Under the pieces are notes generated by a model that saw only the letters and a program-made list of their open reading frames with translations, ran no database searches and was not told the DNA's origin. 64,000 nt of DNA, taken from the human T2T-CHM13v2.0 reference genome, Homo sapiens. Numbering within the stretch: position 1 is the stretch's first letter; every line of letters starts with the position of its first letter. Positions 1 through 16,276 of this stretch are shown here, in pieces. Location of the stretch: the NCBI RefSeq assembly GCF_009914755.1, contig NC_060935.1, one strand, 5' to 3'. A program made the translations under genes and the position numbers.

Positions 1-157
1 GGCGCACACCACCATGCCCGGCTAATTTTTGTATTTTTAGTAAAGATGGGGTTTCACCATGCTGGCCAGGCTGGTCTCGAACTCCTGAGCTCATAATCTG
101 CCCGCCTCGGCCTCCCAAAATGCTGGGATTACAGGCGTGAGCCACCGCGCCCGGCCC
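1..157 (-). mobile_element. Alu (partial, cut by the window edge)
   Basis: Alu consensus reverse complement. Confidence 0.95.
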
Positions 158-592
158 CTCTTTTTTTAAATTCCATTGGATTTCGGTTCTGTGCCAGGCA
201 ATATGCAGGGGAGGCATGTATATTAATTTTTGCAGTAACCCCTCAGGCAGTTAACATTGCCACGGTTCTCAGCTGAGTAGAGTAATGCTCAGGGCGGTTG
301 TGGGAGCTGCTGGAGGGGAAGCAGGCAGACCATTGGGCTTTGGCACCTGATGGCGCGGAGTCAGGGCCTCCCCTGAAGGGGAGGGGAGCTCCATGTCAGA
401 GAGAGTCTCAGCTGCCCAGAATGGGTCTCCGCGCTGGCCTCGCCGGGAGTCTGCCTTTATCATGCATGATGCACTTGGTGAGGAAGATGTGTGTGAAAGA
501 GACTGGAAGTGCTTGTAGGGAAGTTTGCGACTGTTAATATGTGAAGTATCCTACAAGGGCACATAGTAAAGATCCGTTTTCTTTCCTCGAAG

Positions 593-765
593 CTCCACAG
601 GCTCCCAGGATGGTCCCGTGAGCAACCCCAGCAGTAGCAACAGTAGCCAGGACTCGCTCCACAAAGCCCCAAAGAAGAAAGGCATTAAGTCCTCCATTGG
701 CCGCTTGTTTGGCAAGAAAGAAAAGGGCCGACCTGGACAAACTGGCAAAGAAGCATTAGGACAAG
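593..765 (+). CDS. PPFIA1: PPFIA1 (liprin-alpha1) internal coding exon, [57 protein letters not shown]
   Basis: AG at 591-592 and GT at 766-767. Translation matches the conserved liprin-alpha [18 protein letters not shown] motif, and the phase joins the next exon. Confidence 0.95.
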
Positions 766-1114
766 GTTGGTTGGTTTTCCGCACCCTTCTCAGCACCCAG
801 GGGTCGGGGAGGAAGGCACTGCCTTCGGTGCCATCAGTTCCCACGCGGTGCTCCAGGAGCCGTGTGCTCTCCAGGGAGCAGCAGCTGTGAAGGCATGGGA
901 GCTAGAGAGCAGCAGTTTATGCTCACTTGCCACTCAGGTACAACACATTTCCTGTCTTGAGCATTTCCGTCTTGGGCATTTGGTTGTCTAGTCAGAAACT
1001 TAGCCTTAAGAAATGATTTAAATCTGAACCTGCAAATATTCATCTGCCTATTTATGAAAACATAGAGCTTTGTCATGCTGATTTTTACTTCTGGGCTGTT
1101 CTGCTTCCTCACAG

Positions 1115-1208
1115 CTGGTGTTTCCGAGACGGATAACTCATCTCAGGATGCCTTGGGACTTAGCAAATTGGGGGGACAGGCTGAAAAAAATCGTAAACTT
1201 CAAAAAAA
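1115..1208 (+). CDS. PPFIA1: PPFIA1 exon, AGVSETDNSSQDALGLSKLGGQAEKNRKLQKK
   Basis: ctcacag acceptor and gtaagc donor; frame is continuous with both flanking exons. Confidence 0.95.
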
Positions 1209-1479
1209 GTAAGCTTTGTGTTATTTCTTCATCTCATTGAATGGTTTTCAGTTGTGCCTAAGCTCTAACTAGTGTTTGTTAATTATAATAGCTAGCTATG
1301 TATATATACATTATATTCTGAAAGCTTTACCTACAGCCTTAATTAAGCCGTACTTTCTGGAAGATTTAGTGTTTGTGAAATTTCGAAGAAACTCACACTG
1401 GTATCCCTATCATCTTGGAAAGCTGTCCAACCAGGAGATAGGGTGGGTGAGAGTTGGACTCAGCTGCCTGAGCACTGGA

Positions 1480-1680
1480 GTCGGCCCTGGCGCCTGCCCA
1501 GGTTCACTTTGTGACGTTGAGGAAGTGGCCTAGCATCTCTGTGCTTCAGTTTTCTCATCTGTAAAGTGGGGATCCTAGTAGTACATACCTTGTATGGCTT
1601 TTATGAGAATTAAATGGGATAATGTGCATACAGTTCTTTAAACAGTACCAGCAAGTCATAAACAAGTTGTAGCTGTGGCC
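1480..1680 (+). mobile_element. MIR
   Basis: MIR core ctctgtgcttcagttttctcatctgtaaagtgggga...gagaattaaatg. Confidence 0.75.
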
Positions 1681-2538
1681 AGTGCAGCGACTGTTGCTTG
1701 CCAGCATTCAGGATTTGCTCTTCATACTGCTGGTCTGTCCGAAACAGTCGCCATGCTGCATTTTTCTCTCTTCCGTAGATCGGGTAGTTTTATCTCAAAT
1801 AGACTCCTGATTTTATAGCCCGTTTATTCAGCTTTAATTCTAAACTAAGTCTGCTTCTGACAATAAGCTCTAATATTTGGGATGGCTTTGAACAAAGGAG
1901 AACAGGCATTGTGATGCCCCAGGGTGAGGACGTGGAGGAATCGGGTTTCTGTCCCTGGGCCTTCTGGGATGCGGGGTGAGTTGCGTGTTGGCTGACTGTA
2001 GATGAAGTAGATAGGCTGAGACAGTGCCCAAGTGAGCCAACAAATGTAGAACAAAACTAAACCCAGTTCTGCAATAAAATAGGCAGTTTGTGTAGTCCAT
2101 GGGATAAGGGCTGAGCTTGAGCAATGTGGAAGATGGTAATGCCAGGCTTACAGGGTGAAACTTGACGGGCTGTATGATGACTGTGACTGTGGGAAAAATC
2201 ATCTGGCCACTTTTAAGTGCCCTGAGAAACCAGTGCTCATCTGGAAATTGGGGCCCAAAGATGCACCAGAGCCTATGGGGACCCTCTCCCCTAGAGGCCC
2301 CTTTGCCTTTAGCCCCTAGAGTTGCCAGCTGATTTTTTTCTGTTGTGAAATCTATCTCATTTTAGTTTTCTTTTCAAAGCCTTTATAAATGCTGTATTGA
2401 TTATATTTTAGGTAAAATGCTTTTATGTTAACAGTACCATAGGAATACTCAGTTTTTTGGTTCCCTGTAAATGGAAATTTATAGAAACCACGTAACAGCA
2501 AAATCTGATTTGAACATTGCTATGCTTGAACTGTGTAA

Positions 2539-2840
<302 letters not shown>

Positions 2841-3169
2841 AAGAATGTTTTCAAATAACTTGGGTAATTGCCATTTGGCCCTGTGAAACTTAATGTTAGA
2901 GCTAAACTTTCTGCCTCCTGGAAACATGCTAGGAAAATTTCATTCCTTAGATTTTGCTAATGTTACTGTTTTTATGATAGTAAGTATGAGGAAGTGAAAT
3001 AAAACTTCTCTGTCCTTTATGTTGTGCTTGGGATCCATGTGGAAGTTCTGAAATGTACCAGCTCCTTAGTGGGGAAAATTTCCAAGTACAAAGATTATTT
3101 GTCTGACTATAGAGGGCAGTTTCGTTTCTTTCACTTAAACTGAGATAAAACTGATTTTAGAAAAAGTGC

Positions 3170-3477
<308 letters not shown>

Positions 3478-4032
3478 AAAATGTCTACATATAAATGTGA
3501 AAAAAAGTTTGCGTTTTCCAGAAAAAGTATTGTGTGAATACAGTTTAATATTTATGCCATCTTAAGAACGAACGTATATTTCTCAGAATTATTTTCTTCT
3601 TATTAACCCCTGATTTAACTCAAAGGTGTGTTTTAACTGCAAAATTTACACAGCCAGATGCTTTCACTTACAGAGAACTTAAGGAATCTGGTGAGTTTGG
3701 TGGCAAGCTGATTTCAAGTTTTGTAAGACACAGCATGGTGGGCGCGTTTGGTGCCTGGGATACGTAGTAATGAACCCGCAAGTCGGGGCTGGCTGTCCTA
3801 GAGCCATTCGTCAGCTTTGATAGCGCATAGTGCCTCCACAGCACTTTTAGAATTCCCCAGCGTTCTTGAAACACCATCTCTTGAAGTAACCTTGCTTTTA
3901 AAGTGTTCCCTTTTCATGTTCTCCTTTTTGTCTTCGTAGTGCTTTCTCAGGGTAAGCAGACTCGGGAGATTTGCTGGGCTGAGTGTGGGCAGTCACCAGC
4001 CACAGGCTCTATGCTGAGCTTCCTGAGAGGAT

Positions 4033-4289
<257 letters not shown>

Positions 4290-6176
4290 TGAGAAATGCT
4301 GACTCCATCCATTTCTCATCAGGGCGACCCTACATCTTTCCTCAGGACTCTGCCAGTGTGCCATGGCAATGGAGCATGGGAGGGGCTATGCCTGGGTCAC
4401 AGAACTGTACTTGTGGTGGTGGTGTTTTTTTATGGGTTTTGGAGAGGGTCCTGCTCTGTCACCCAGGTAGCAACTGTACCTGTGAAAGCAAGTCTTGTTC
4501 ACTCTATGCAGGGTGCCAGAGGATTGAAAAGCTTCAGTCTTAAGAAAGTAAGGCAATATATTTAGTTTCGATAGTTGAGAGAAAGTACTTCCTCCCATCC
4601 CTTACATACTGTTTGATCAGCAAAAACTCACACAAGCTTCTCATTATGAAAGACAACTTTACCGTTATGCTATGTCTTAATTATAAAATGCACAACATTA
4701 TTCACAAATTATATGACCTTTTTGCATTATAGCATTCTCAGTAGCAAGTGAAAGAGCCAAGTCTGAGATCAAGCAATAAAGGAGGAATGTAGTTGTTCAT
4801 GTAAATGAACGGCCCAGAGGGCCAGGGTGGAGTGGCTTCAGCCATCTCCAGGCTCTGGACTCTGCATCCCCTCGACACAGGGGCCTTCTTCCCGTGATTG
4901 GAACAGTCCCCCCAGAGAAAACAGGGGCTCTGGTGTTCCCACCTGGAGTGCCAGCCCAGGGGCATGGTCCCATGTTTGGTCTTACAGATCATGGACTGGT
5001 CTGATAGGGGAGGGGAGCCAGGACACACACCGAGGCCTGGGCCCGCCACCCAGATGGGGTCTCCTCTGCCTTCTCCCTAACTTCCTGTGACTCTTAGACA
5101 CATCCGTCTACCTCCACTGTCTTAACACTGTTTCCACTGTTGCCTCTGGACCCAGAAGCATCTCCATTCTGGAAAAGACTTTTTATAAAAGCTAGTGATC
5201 ATTGCCAGGAAGAGGGTACTGGTGAAGTCTAGGACAGTGTACACCAGTCTCCAAGTAATAGAAGTAAAGAATTATTTTTTGACAATTATTTTTATTTACA
5301 GTGAGTATCTATTACATGTTAAAAAACGAAGTCTCTGGCAGAGTGCCAAGGCTGAGCGTAAGTTGGGAACCCTCCTGACTTGGCAGCAGTCAGATCCTCC
5401 CTGCGCCTTGGCCAGGCCCCGGACGCTCAAAGCCTTAGCAGTTAACCAGATTGTTAGCGTTCAGAGCTTTTTCTGGGATTGATGTGGCAGGAATTACCTG
5501 TACTACTTCCTAGACCCACTGGTGTGTGAAGGAAGCTCTACTGGCTGTCTTTGAGTGGCATTTGTCCCAAGGGAACGGAAGGCAGGGTTTCAGCCACCAC
5601 CTGGTGATTGGCGCCATGCAGCGCGCCCTTCCTCCCAACCTCTTCATTTCGCATCTTGCGATACCACTTCATACTCCTAAGAAAAGTCTGCTGCTATTGA
5701 AATGTATTGAAGAGCCAATATCAAATTTTTAAAAATAAGAGATTCTATGGTATATGTCTTATGAAATTATTATAGAAAAAATGGACTAAAAGCAGCCTAG
5801 GGATGTTTGAATGACTTGGGGATATCTGTACTTGCAAACCAAATGTATGTGTCCTCTCCATTACAATGACACCTTCTCTCTGAGACTTTTTATTTTTTAA
5901 AACAATTAGCCTCTTTGAAAGCCTTGTAGGTAAACACTTGAGAAATAAGATGAGATTCACCAAGCTTATAGTGTTATTTCTGAAATACCTATGTTAGAGA
6001 GCATTATGTTAACCTCTGATTCTGTAAGGAGACGGGGATTCTGTAGAGAGTCAGAGGGAGTCATTCAGTATTTTCTCACTCAGGCATTCTTTGTAGTATG
6101 CACAGAACTAGTGTGAAATGGATGGTGTTGATACTGTTAAAGCTGTAGAAGATGAAAGGAAAATGATGAGCATGTA

Positions 6177-6473
6177 TAGTCGTCTCTCAGAGTCTATGGG
6201 GGATTGGTTCCAGGACCCCTCCTGAATACCAAAATCCATGGAAGCTTAAGTCTCCTGTATGAAATGGCATGGTATTTCCGTATCACGTAGGCATAATCTC
6301 CTGTAGACTTCAAATCATCTCTAGGTTCTTTACAATACCCAACGGAATGTAAGTGCTATGTAAATAGCTGTTGTACTGTATTGGTTTTTTTTGTTTTTTC
6401 CCACTGAATATTTTTGATCTGCAGTTGGTTGACTGTGTGGATGTGGAAGCCGCAGATACAGAGGGCAGACTGT
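6177..6473. mobile_element. MER2 (TcMar-Tigger DNA transposon derivative)
   Basis: gggggattggttccaggacccc...gatacagagggcagactgta termini with TA flanks. Confidence 0.8.
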
Positions 6474-6571
6474 ATACTGCTAGACTTTTGCAAATGCTCA
6501 GAACACTTCGTTAACTAATTTTATATATGTGTATAATAGTGGTTCCTTGATTTTGTTTTTGCTGGTTGTAA

Positions 6572-7015
6572 TTTTTTTTTTTTTTTAGAGATAGGGTCTC
6601 ACTCTGTTGCCTAGGCTGGAGTGCAGTGGCACAGTCATGGCCTACTGTAGCCTTGACCTCCTGGGCTCAGGCAATCCTTCCACCTCAGCCTCCCAAGTAG
6701 CTGAGACTACAGGCATGCGTCACCATACCTGGCTGATTTTTTTTTTTTTTTTTAATTTTTGTAGAGATGCATCTCATTATATTGCCCAGGCTGCTCTTGA
6801 ACTACTGGCCTCAAGCAGTCTTCCTGCCTCAGTCTCCCGAGTAGCTGGGACTACAGGGGTGTGTCACTACACCTTGCAAATTTTTAAAATTTTTTGTAGA
6901 GTTGGGGTCTCGCTGTGTTGTCTAGGCTGGTCTTGAACTCCTGGGCTCAAGTGGTCCTCCTGCCTTGGCCTCCCAGAGAGCTGGGATTACAGGTGTGAGC
7001 TACCATGCCTGGCTG
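6572..7015 (-). mobile_element. Composite AluJ (extra arms)
   Basis: Alu arm sequences repeated within about 440 bp. Confidence 0.85.
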
Positions 7016-7048
7016 ATTCTTTAATTTTCAATATCTTCTCCTTTATAG

Positions 7049-7130
7049 GCATGAATTGCTGGAGGAAGCCCGGAGACAAGGTTTACCTTTTGCCCAATGG
7101 GACGGGCCAACGGTTGTGGTCTGGCTAGAG
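7049..7130 (+). CDS. PPFIA1: PPFIA1 exon, start of SAM1 ([27 protein letters not shown])
   Basis: ttatag acceptor and gtacat donor; liprin WDGPTVVxWLE motif. Confidence 0.95.
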
Positions 7131-7241
7131 GTACATCCTTCATTTAACATGCAGTTGCGTGGGTTACAGTATGTGAACTTACTGTTCTACTTTGTAGACT
7201 GTACCTCACTGTGCTGCCTTCCTTCCGCTTTCCGCCTCCAG

Positions 7242-7442
7242 CTCTGGGTTGGGATGCCAGCCTGGTATGTGGCTGCCTGCCGAGCAAACGTGAAAAGCGG
7301 GGCCATCATGTCGGCCCTGTCCGACACAGAGATCCAGCGTGAGATTGGCATCAGCAACCCCCTGCACAGGCTGAAGCTGAGGCTGGCCATCCAGGAGATC
7401 ATGTCGCTGACCAGCCCGTCTGCCCCGCCCACATCTAGAACG
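7242..7442 (+). CDS. PPFIA1: PPFIA1 exon, SAM1 ([67 protein letters not shown])
   Basis: Pyrimidine tract plus cag acceptor, gtacgt donor; highly conserved liprin-alpha SAM1 sequence. Confidence 0.97.
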
Positions 7443-8444
7443 GTACGTTCAGAGACAACCCCTGCATTCTTTGGAAACAGGGAATGCCTCTCTGAAGGTA
7501 TCACTGCCCTGTTTACATTGCTTCTCCAGTTCCTTAACAGCATATGAAGTATAGTTCTAATTCAAAATTTTAGCATCACATACATTAGAACTTTTAATTT
7601 TGGGGAATTGGATGGTCAAAAGAAACTTTATTAAATGCTTTTATGAAAGATTGGCTAGAATGGCTTCATAGTATAAAAATATGAGCTTTTTTAAACATAG
7701 AAAAGCAATTACAAATTTAAATATGGAAATATGAAATACGAAAATACCAAAAAAAATTGGTAGAGATGGGGGTCTCGCTGTGTTGCCCAGGCTGGTCTTG
7801 CACTCCTGGGCTCCAAGCAGTCCTCCCACCTCAGCCTTCCAATGTGCTGGGATTACAGGCGTGAGCCACCACACCCAGCTGAGTTTATCAAAATTGAATC
7901 AGTCTAAGGGCCTCTTGAAGGAAAAAGTTAATATTTTAAGGACACATTTTATAATTAAATGTTTTGAATTTCATTTTTCAGTTTTCATGATTCAAACTGA
8001 GTAATTAACATTTGTACTATATATAAAGATATTTGCTAAGCCAATTATAGTGTATTTTTAAATGTTACTGGAATATAATATACATATAGAGAAATGCACG
8101 TATGAGTGAACAGTTAAATGAATCTGTAAAGTCAGCATCCCCTGTGTGGTCCACACCTACATTGAAAAATGGGATCTGACCAGGGCTCTGGAGGCCTCCT
8201 GCTCCTTCTGAGGCACTGCCCCTTCCCTAGGGATGAGTGCCTGGCTCCTGGTGCCATAGACTGCTCTGTTAGTTTCGTTCTTCATGTGTATAAACAAGAT
8301 CATGTAGTATTCACTCTCTTGTGTCTGGCTTCTTTCACTTAATGTTATGTCTGTGAATTCATCCGTATCATTCCATGTGTAAGTAGCATCTTGAGTAAAA
8401 TTTTTCTGTCTAGTTCAGAGGACTGGCTCTTCCAGGCTTCTTAG

Positions 8445-8975
<531 letters not shown>

Positions 8976-10326
8976 GAAAAGGTCCCTAAAGAATTCTAAT
9001 CCTCCCTTCCCCATCATTCCAGTTTGCGGACATTTTTTAAAATAAAAACTAAAGGGGAAAATAAAGATGAGATCACTGGTTGCCTTGTAACCAGTGTTTT
9101 ACTGTATTTGATTTATTTGGCCTGTAGGTGTTTTCCATTTGGGGAGCTAAAGACCCTGGGAGCTCAGGATTTCAAGCAGTTCACAAATCTGCAAATGTTC
9201 ATCCAACATGAGCTGTACTTATACAGTTTCTCTCCATGTGGGAAGTCCCTCAAAGTCCTTAAGAAGGGTTATCCTACTTGAAAAAGAAGAACTATGTTAA
9301 TAAAAACAAGAATGGTTATTGGGAGATAAGGGCAGGCCAACTCCAGATTTATAAAGTTGAGACTTTTTACACTGGCTGGATTCCCAGTCTCTGCTTTTAG
9401 TCTCCTCAGGAGAAAACAAATTCTTGTTGCAATGAAGAGCCTCACACATTTCTCCAAGGAGCACGTCAGCGCTGGATTTAGGGCTCCCAGTTACCTTACA
9501 AAAAAAGTTTTGAGGGGTTTTACTTGTTTTATTTATTTTTTTCTTCTTAATGAACAAATTATGGTGATGAACAATAAGCTTTGTCCTCCCCTGTTGCTCC
9601 AAGAGCTCCTTTCCCACAGCCTGCCTCAGGAGCAGTGTCTGAGCTCTTCCCTGGTTGTTTCACATGACAGTGGCCTTGCTGAAAATGAAGGTGCTGAGTG
9701 GTTTCTCCCATGTTTATCCACTGTCTTCAGTAATGATGGAGAACACCTCACATAAGGCAGACTCTTCACACCATGTCAAAATGCAAGGAAAAAATCTCCC
9801 TCAAGTAGACACACAGGCCACTGTCTGTCTCGTGTCTGGTTCTGATGGCTGCACAGAGCCATCGACACTGCTTAGCAGTGACCCCCTCTGCCCTGTGGCC
9901 TGCCTTCAGCCTTTCAGGCCGTCACGGAACATCTGCGAGAAAGCCCTCCAATAGCCAAAGCAAGAGTTTCATGCTGGGTTCTTTGTTGTTAATCTGCTTT
10001 AAATATATTGAATCAATAGTTACTTGAGAATTACTCAAAGTTTCCAGAAGTACACAACGTGTTTTCTTCTCTTGATATTTCACATACCTCGGGTAAGCAT
10101 GGCATCTAAAGCTCTCGTCATCGTGTGCTCTTCTCCTGATGGTGTTGACGACCCAGTGTTAACAGGGAATGGTTATTCTGTACGGGCATCTGAACTGAAA
10201 AGTGAGAAGAGCGAACTTTGCCTCCTCGGCCCCTTCTCTGTGCCTGTGGCTTATGCGTGTGCCCCTCTCCTCTTTGTCACTGCTTCCCTTGCCCTGGATG
10301 TGGTTGGTGCACTGGGGTCACCTTAG

Positions 10327-10389
10327 ACCACAGGAAATGTCTGGTTAACACACGAAGAGATGGAAACGCTCGCAGCCACGCCGCAAACG
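10327..10389 (+). CDS. PPFIA1: PPFIA1 alternative cassette exon, 63 nt (TTGNVWLTHEEMETLAATPQT)
   Basis: ttag...gttagt boundaries, phase 0/0, no stop. Resembles the GNVWVTHEEMENL linker of liprin-alpha2/3/4 (recalled). Confidence 0.85.
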
Positions 10390-10894
10390 GTTAGTCACGC
10401 CCCACAGCCTGCACTCCTCCCAGCGCGTTTTCCACTTAAGACCGTCTGGGTTCTTTGCCTTTTTGTTGAAAACAAAATGTTGTTTTCCATTCAGTCGTTC
10501 CAGATAAGTATTTCCTTTAGTTATTAGTTGAAATGTGTAAGTAGAATTTGTATTTTATTTTAGATTTTTTCCAGGAACTTCAAGTTGGTAGACTCTGTCT
10601 TTTAGAATAGCTTTAATCTAGCTCTCCTTTTGGAGAGATCTCAGTTGAGCCTCCATGTGACTGACTGTGTGGCCCTTTCTCCTTCCATGAATATGCTTGG
10701 CACGGAGAGAGTCTGCTCCTTGCATGAGAAGTTGAAATTGTTGGTTTTGCATGAGTTTTGCATGATGCTTTGATAGTCTGAACTTTTTCACTCAGTGAAG
10801 CTGCATCTTCCCTGCAGAGTTGCGTTGCCTGCATTACCGAGCTCACCAATACTAATAGTTATGTTCTTTTGCATTCCTAACCACGTAACCCCAG

Positions 10895-10921
10895 GAAGAT
10901 GAGGAGGGAAGCTGGGCTCAG
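10895..10921 (+). CDS. PPFIA1: PPFIA1 alternative microexon, 27 nt (EDEEGSWAQ)
   Basis: cctaac branch-like motif, ccag acceptor, gttgga donor, phase 0/0. Matches the EEGSWAQ motif of the liprin-alpha2 paralog (recalled). Confidence 0.8.
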
Positions 10922-12807
10922 GTTGGAGTCTTTCTCTAATATATTCTTCACTACATGTACAGCAGCAAAAAGCAATTGGAGTATGAAAACTTGTGTAATC
11001 TACTTTTTTTGATGTTTATAGCATCTTAGTTTATTCGGAGTACAGGATTGTTAATGATTTGAAAGCACTGGTCAAGCAAAACATAGCATCAAAGAGTACG
11101 TCTCATGGACAATTTTGAACATTTCTCATATGGTGCCATGGCAGTTATTTTTAATTAATATAGATTGCTTTGTTTAACATATGATCTTGTATACAAAGTC
11201 TTGTGGCTTAGGCAGCTTCTGAGATTATGTATGTAATTTCCTGGTAGGGTAATGTTATTACAAGATATACTGATAGGGAAATTGTGCTCTAATAAATTTC
11301 CAAACACAAAAATTGGCATAATGACTTTTCCTCTGTGCCTTTGTGTTGATTTTTTACTAAATACTATCCTAATACTATGTCCACTTAAAGATTTTCTTAC
11401 TAATGGAATCCTAAGGAATTAAGCCTCTTCTTGAGTACTGTATATTTGAATTTTCAGCTTCTCAATTCTTTAACTCACCAAAAACTCTATCCCAACTGTT
11501 TTGCATTCTGTATGTTCAGACAGCTTGCCGAAATGTCGTGCGACGCCACTGGCCTTCTGTGGTCAGGGTGTATGTCTCAGTGGCACATTGCAGCCATGAG
11601 GCGTGGACAGGCAGTTCTAGAGGCTTTCCCGAATGGACTGTATTTGAGGGCTTCAGAATAATCATTATATATCTGAAAAGAATCAAAAGGATTTTAAATC
11701 ATAATTTTCCTGATTACGAGGTGATGGTTGAAGCAGCTGTTTCCTTCTCTTGGTACTCCTAAAATCTAGCTCATTAGACTGTCCCCCCACCTTTTTTTAT
11801 TTTTATTTTTTATTTGTATTTTTTAACAAAATAGAGTAGCTATAATGTGATTCTGTGGGCTTTTTTCTCTCTTGATTTAAGCATTCTGTGCCTCTCCTCC
11901 AGATAAATAACCTCATTGTTTAACTTGTTAGATATCCCTTTATAGGACCAATAATGACCATAAATGAATTATACAGGGTACATTTCATAATTACTTAAAT
12001 TTCAGTATATTTTCCACCAAGGAGCAGAATTTGGTTAATACTTCAGTATGAAATTGCCTGAGTCAGGGACAGGAAGTGTAAATTAAATAAGCTTAACCTT
12101 GCTCTTTGCGGTGGAAATATAAACAAGACTGAGCTGTGGTGATGACTCCAGAACTAGCCGACATGCAGTCTAGTGGAAGCTCGTATCACTTTTCCCTCCT
12201 TCCTGTCTTCCAGATGGGACTGCCACCTGCTGCCAAGGGCAGTACACAGTGGCCAGCTCTTAAACCAGGGAGAACTTTGAGCTGCGCCGAGAGACTAGGG
12301 GAGGAAGACATCAAGGCGTGGTCAAAACCATTTATACCTCATTTAACAAAATTAGTAAGAGTGCTGGCTGCGTGGAGCATCTATGAGCAGGACACCCATG
12401 GTCCCCCCGTCATGGAGCTCCCATTTTATGGAGTTCATAAGACTGGGTTGTACTTGTGGCTGTTTCAGTGCTGGGAGTAAACACTGTGCAGTGGGTGTCT
12501 CTTCTAGTTCAGATGTTCTCTGGACTGACATCACCTGGTATGTTTTTTTTCCAGAAGGCTGCTAAGGCAGCCCAGGAGAAGAGGTGGGTCTCCCTGGGAT
12601 GGAGCCTGATCCTTCTGGGAGTTCATGTTATAGGCCACTTCAGGAGTCTGAGCAGAGCATATAATGAGGAAACAGAAACAAGTAGGGTTCTGCTTCCATG
12701 CAGTTTTCTATTTAGACAATTCCTTTGTTTAATTTCCCCATTTAAGAATACATAATCAGCAAGCAAGAGAATAATACCAGATATCCCTGCTACATGTATC
12801 AGGCCTA

Positions 12808-13108
<301 letters not shown>

Positions 13109-13489
13109 ATCAGGCCTGTAAGGGTAAGGTTTAGAAGAGTGAATCAAGCATGGTGATGCTGTTAGATAGCTGATAATTACCCAAAAATGTTTGGCATATT
13201 TCTCTCTTTTTAGAGAAGGTAGTGAAGCATTTTTTTCTAGTAGAATTTAAACATTCTTTGTTTAAATTAGAGAATTTGAGTTATTGCTTAACTTAAATTT
13301 AGAATTTGAGTTATTGCTTCTAGTTTGGACCAAATAACAAATGATACTGGAAGCCATAGTTTCAAGACCAACATGGTGTTAGTTGAGAGTCACTACAAAG
13401 ATACCATAAGGTAGCTATGACTGGTGACCATAACTTAGTCTTCCTCAGCTGCAGACTTCAGGTACCTCGGGTACCTTCCTTCGATATGT

Positions 13490-16276
<2,787 letters not shown>

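Noticed and set aside
7131-7140. Possible U12-type donor (gtacatcctt)
   Set aside because: Does not match GTATCCTT at +1, and there is no TCCTTAAC branch site near the acceptor.
7187-7543. Antisense ORFs overlapping PPFIA1 exons (also 22585-22893 and 28445-28633)
   Set aside because: Shadow ORFs of real coding exons.
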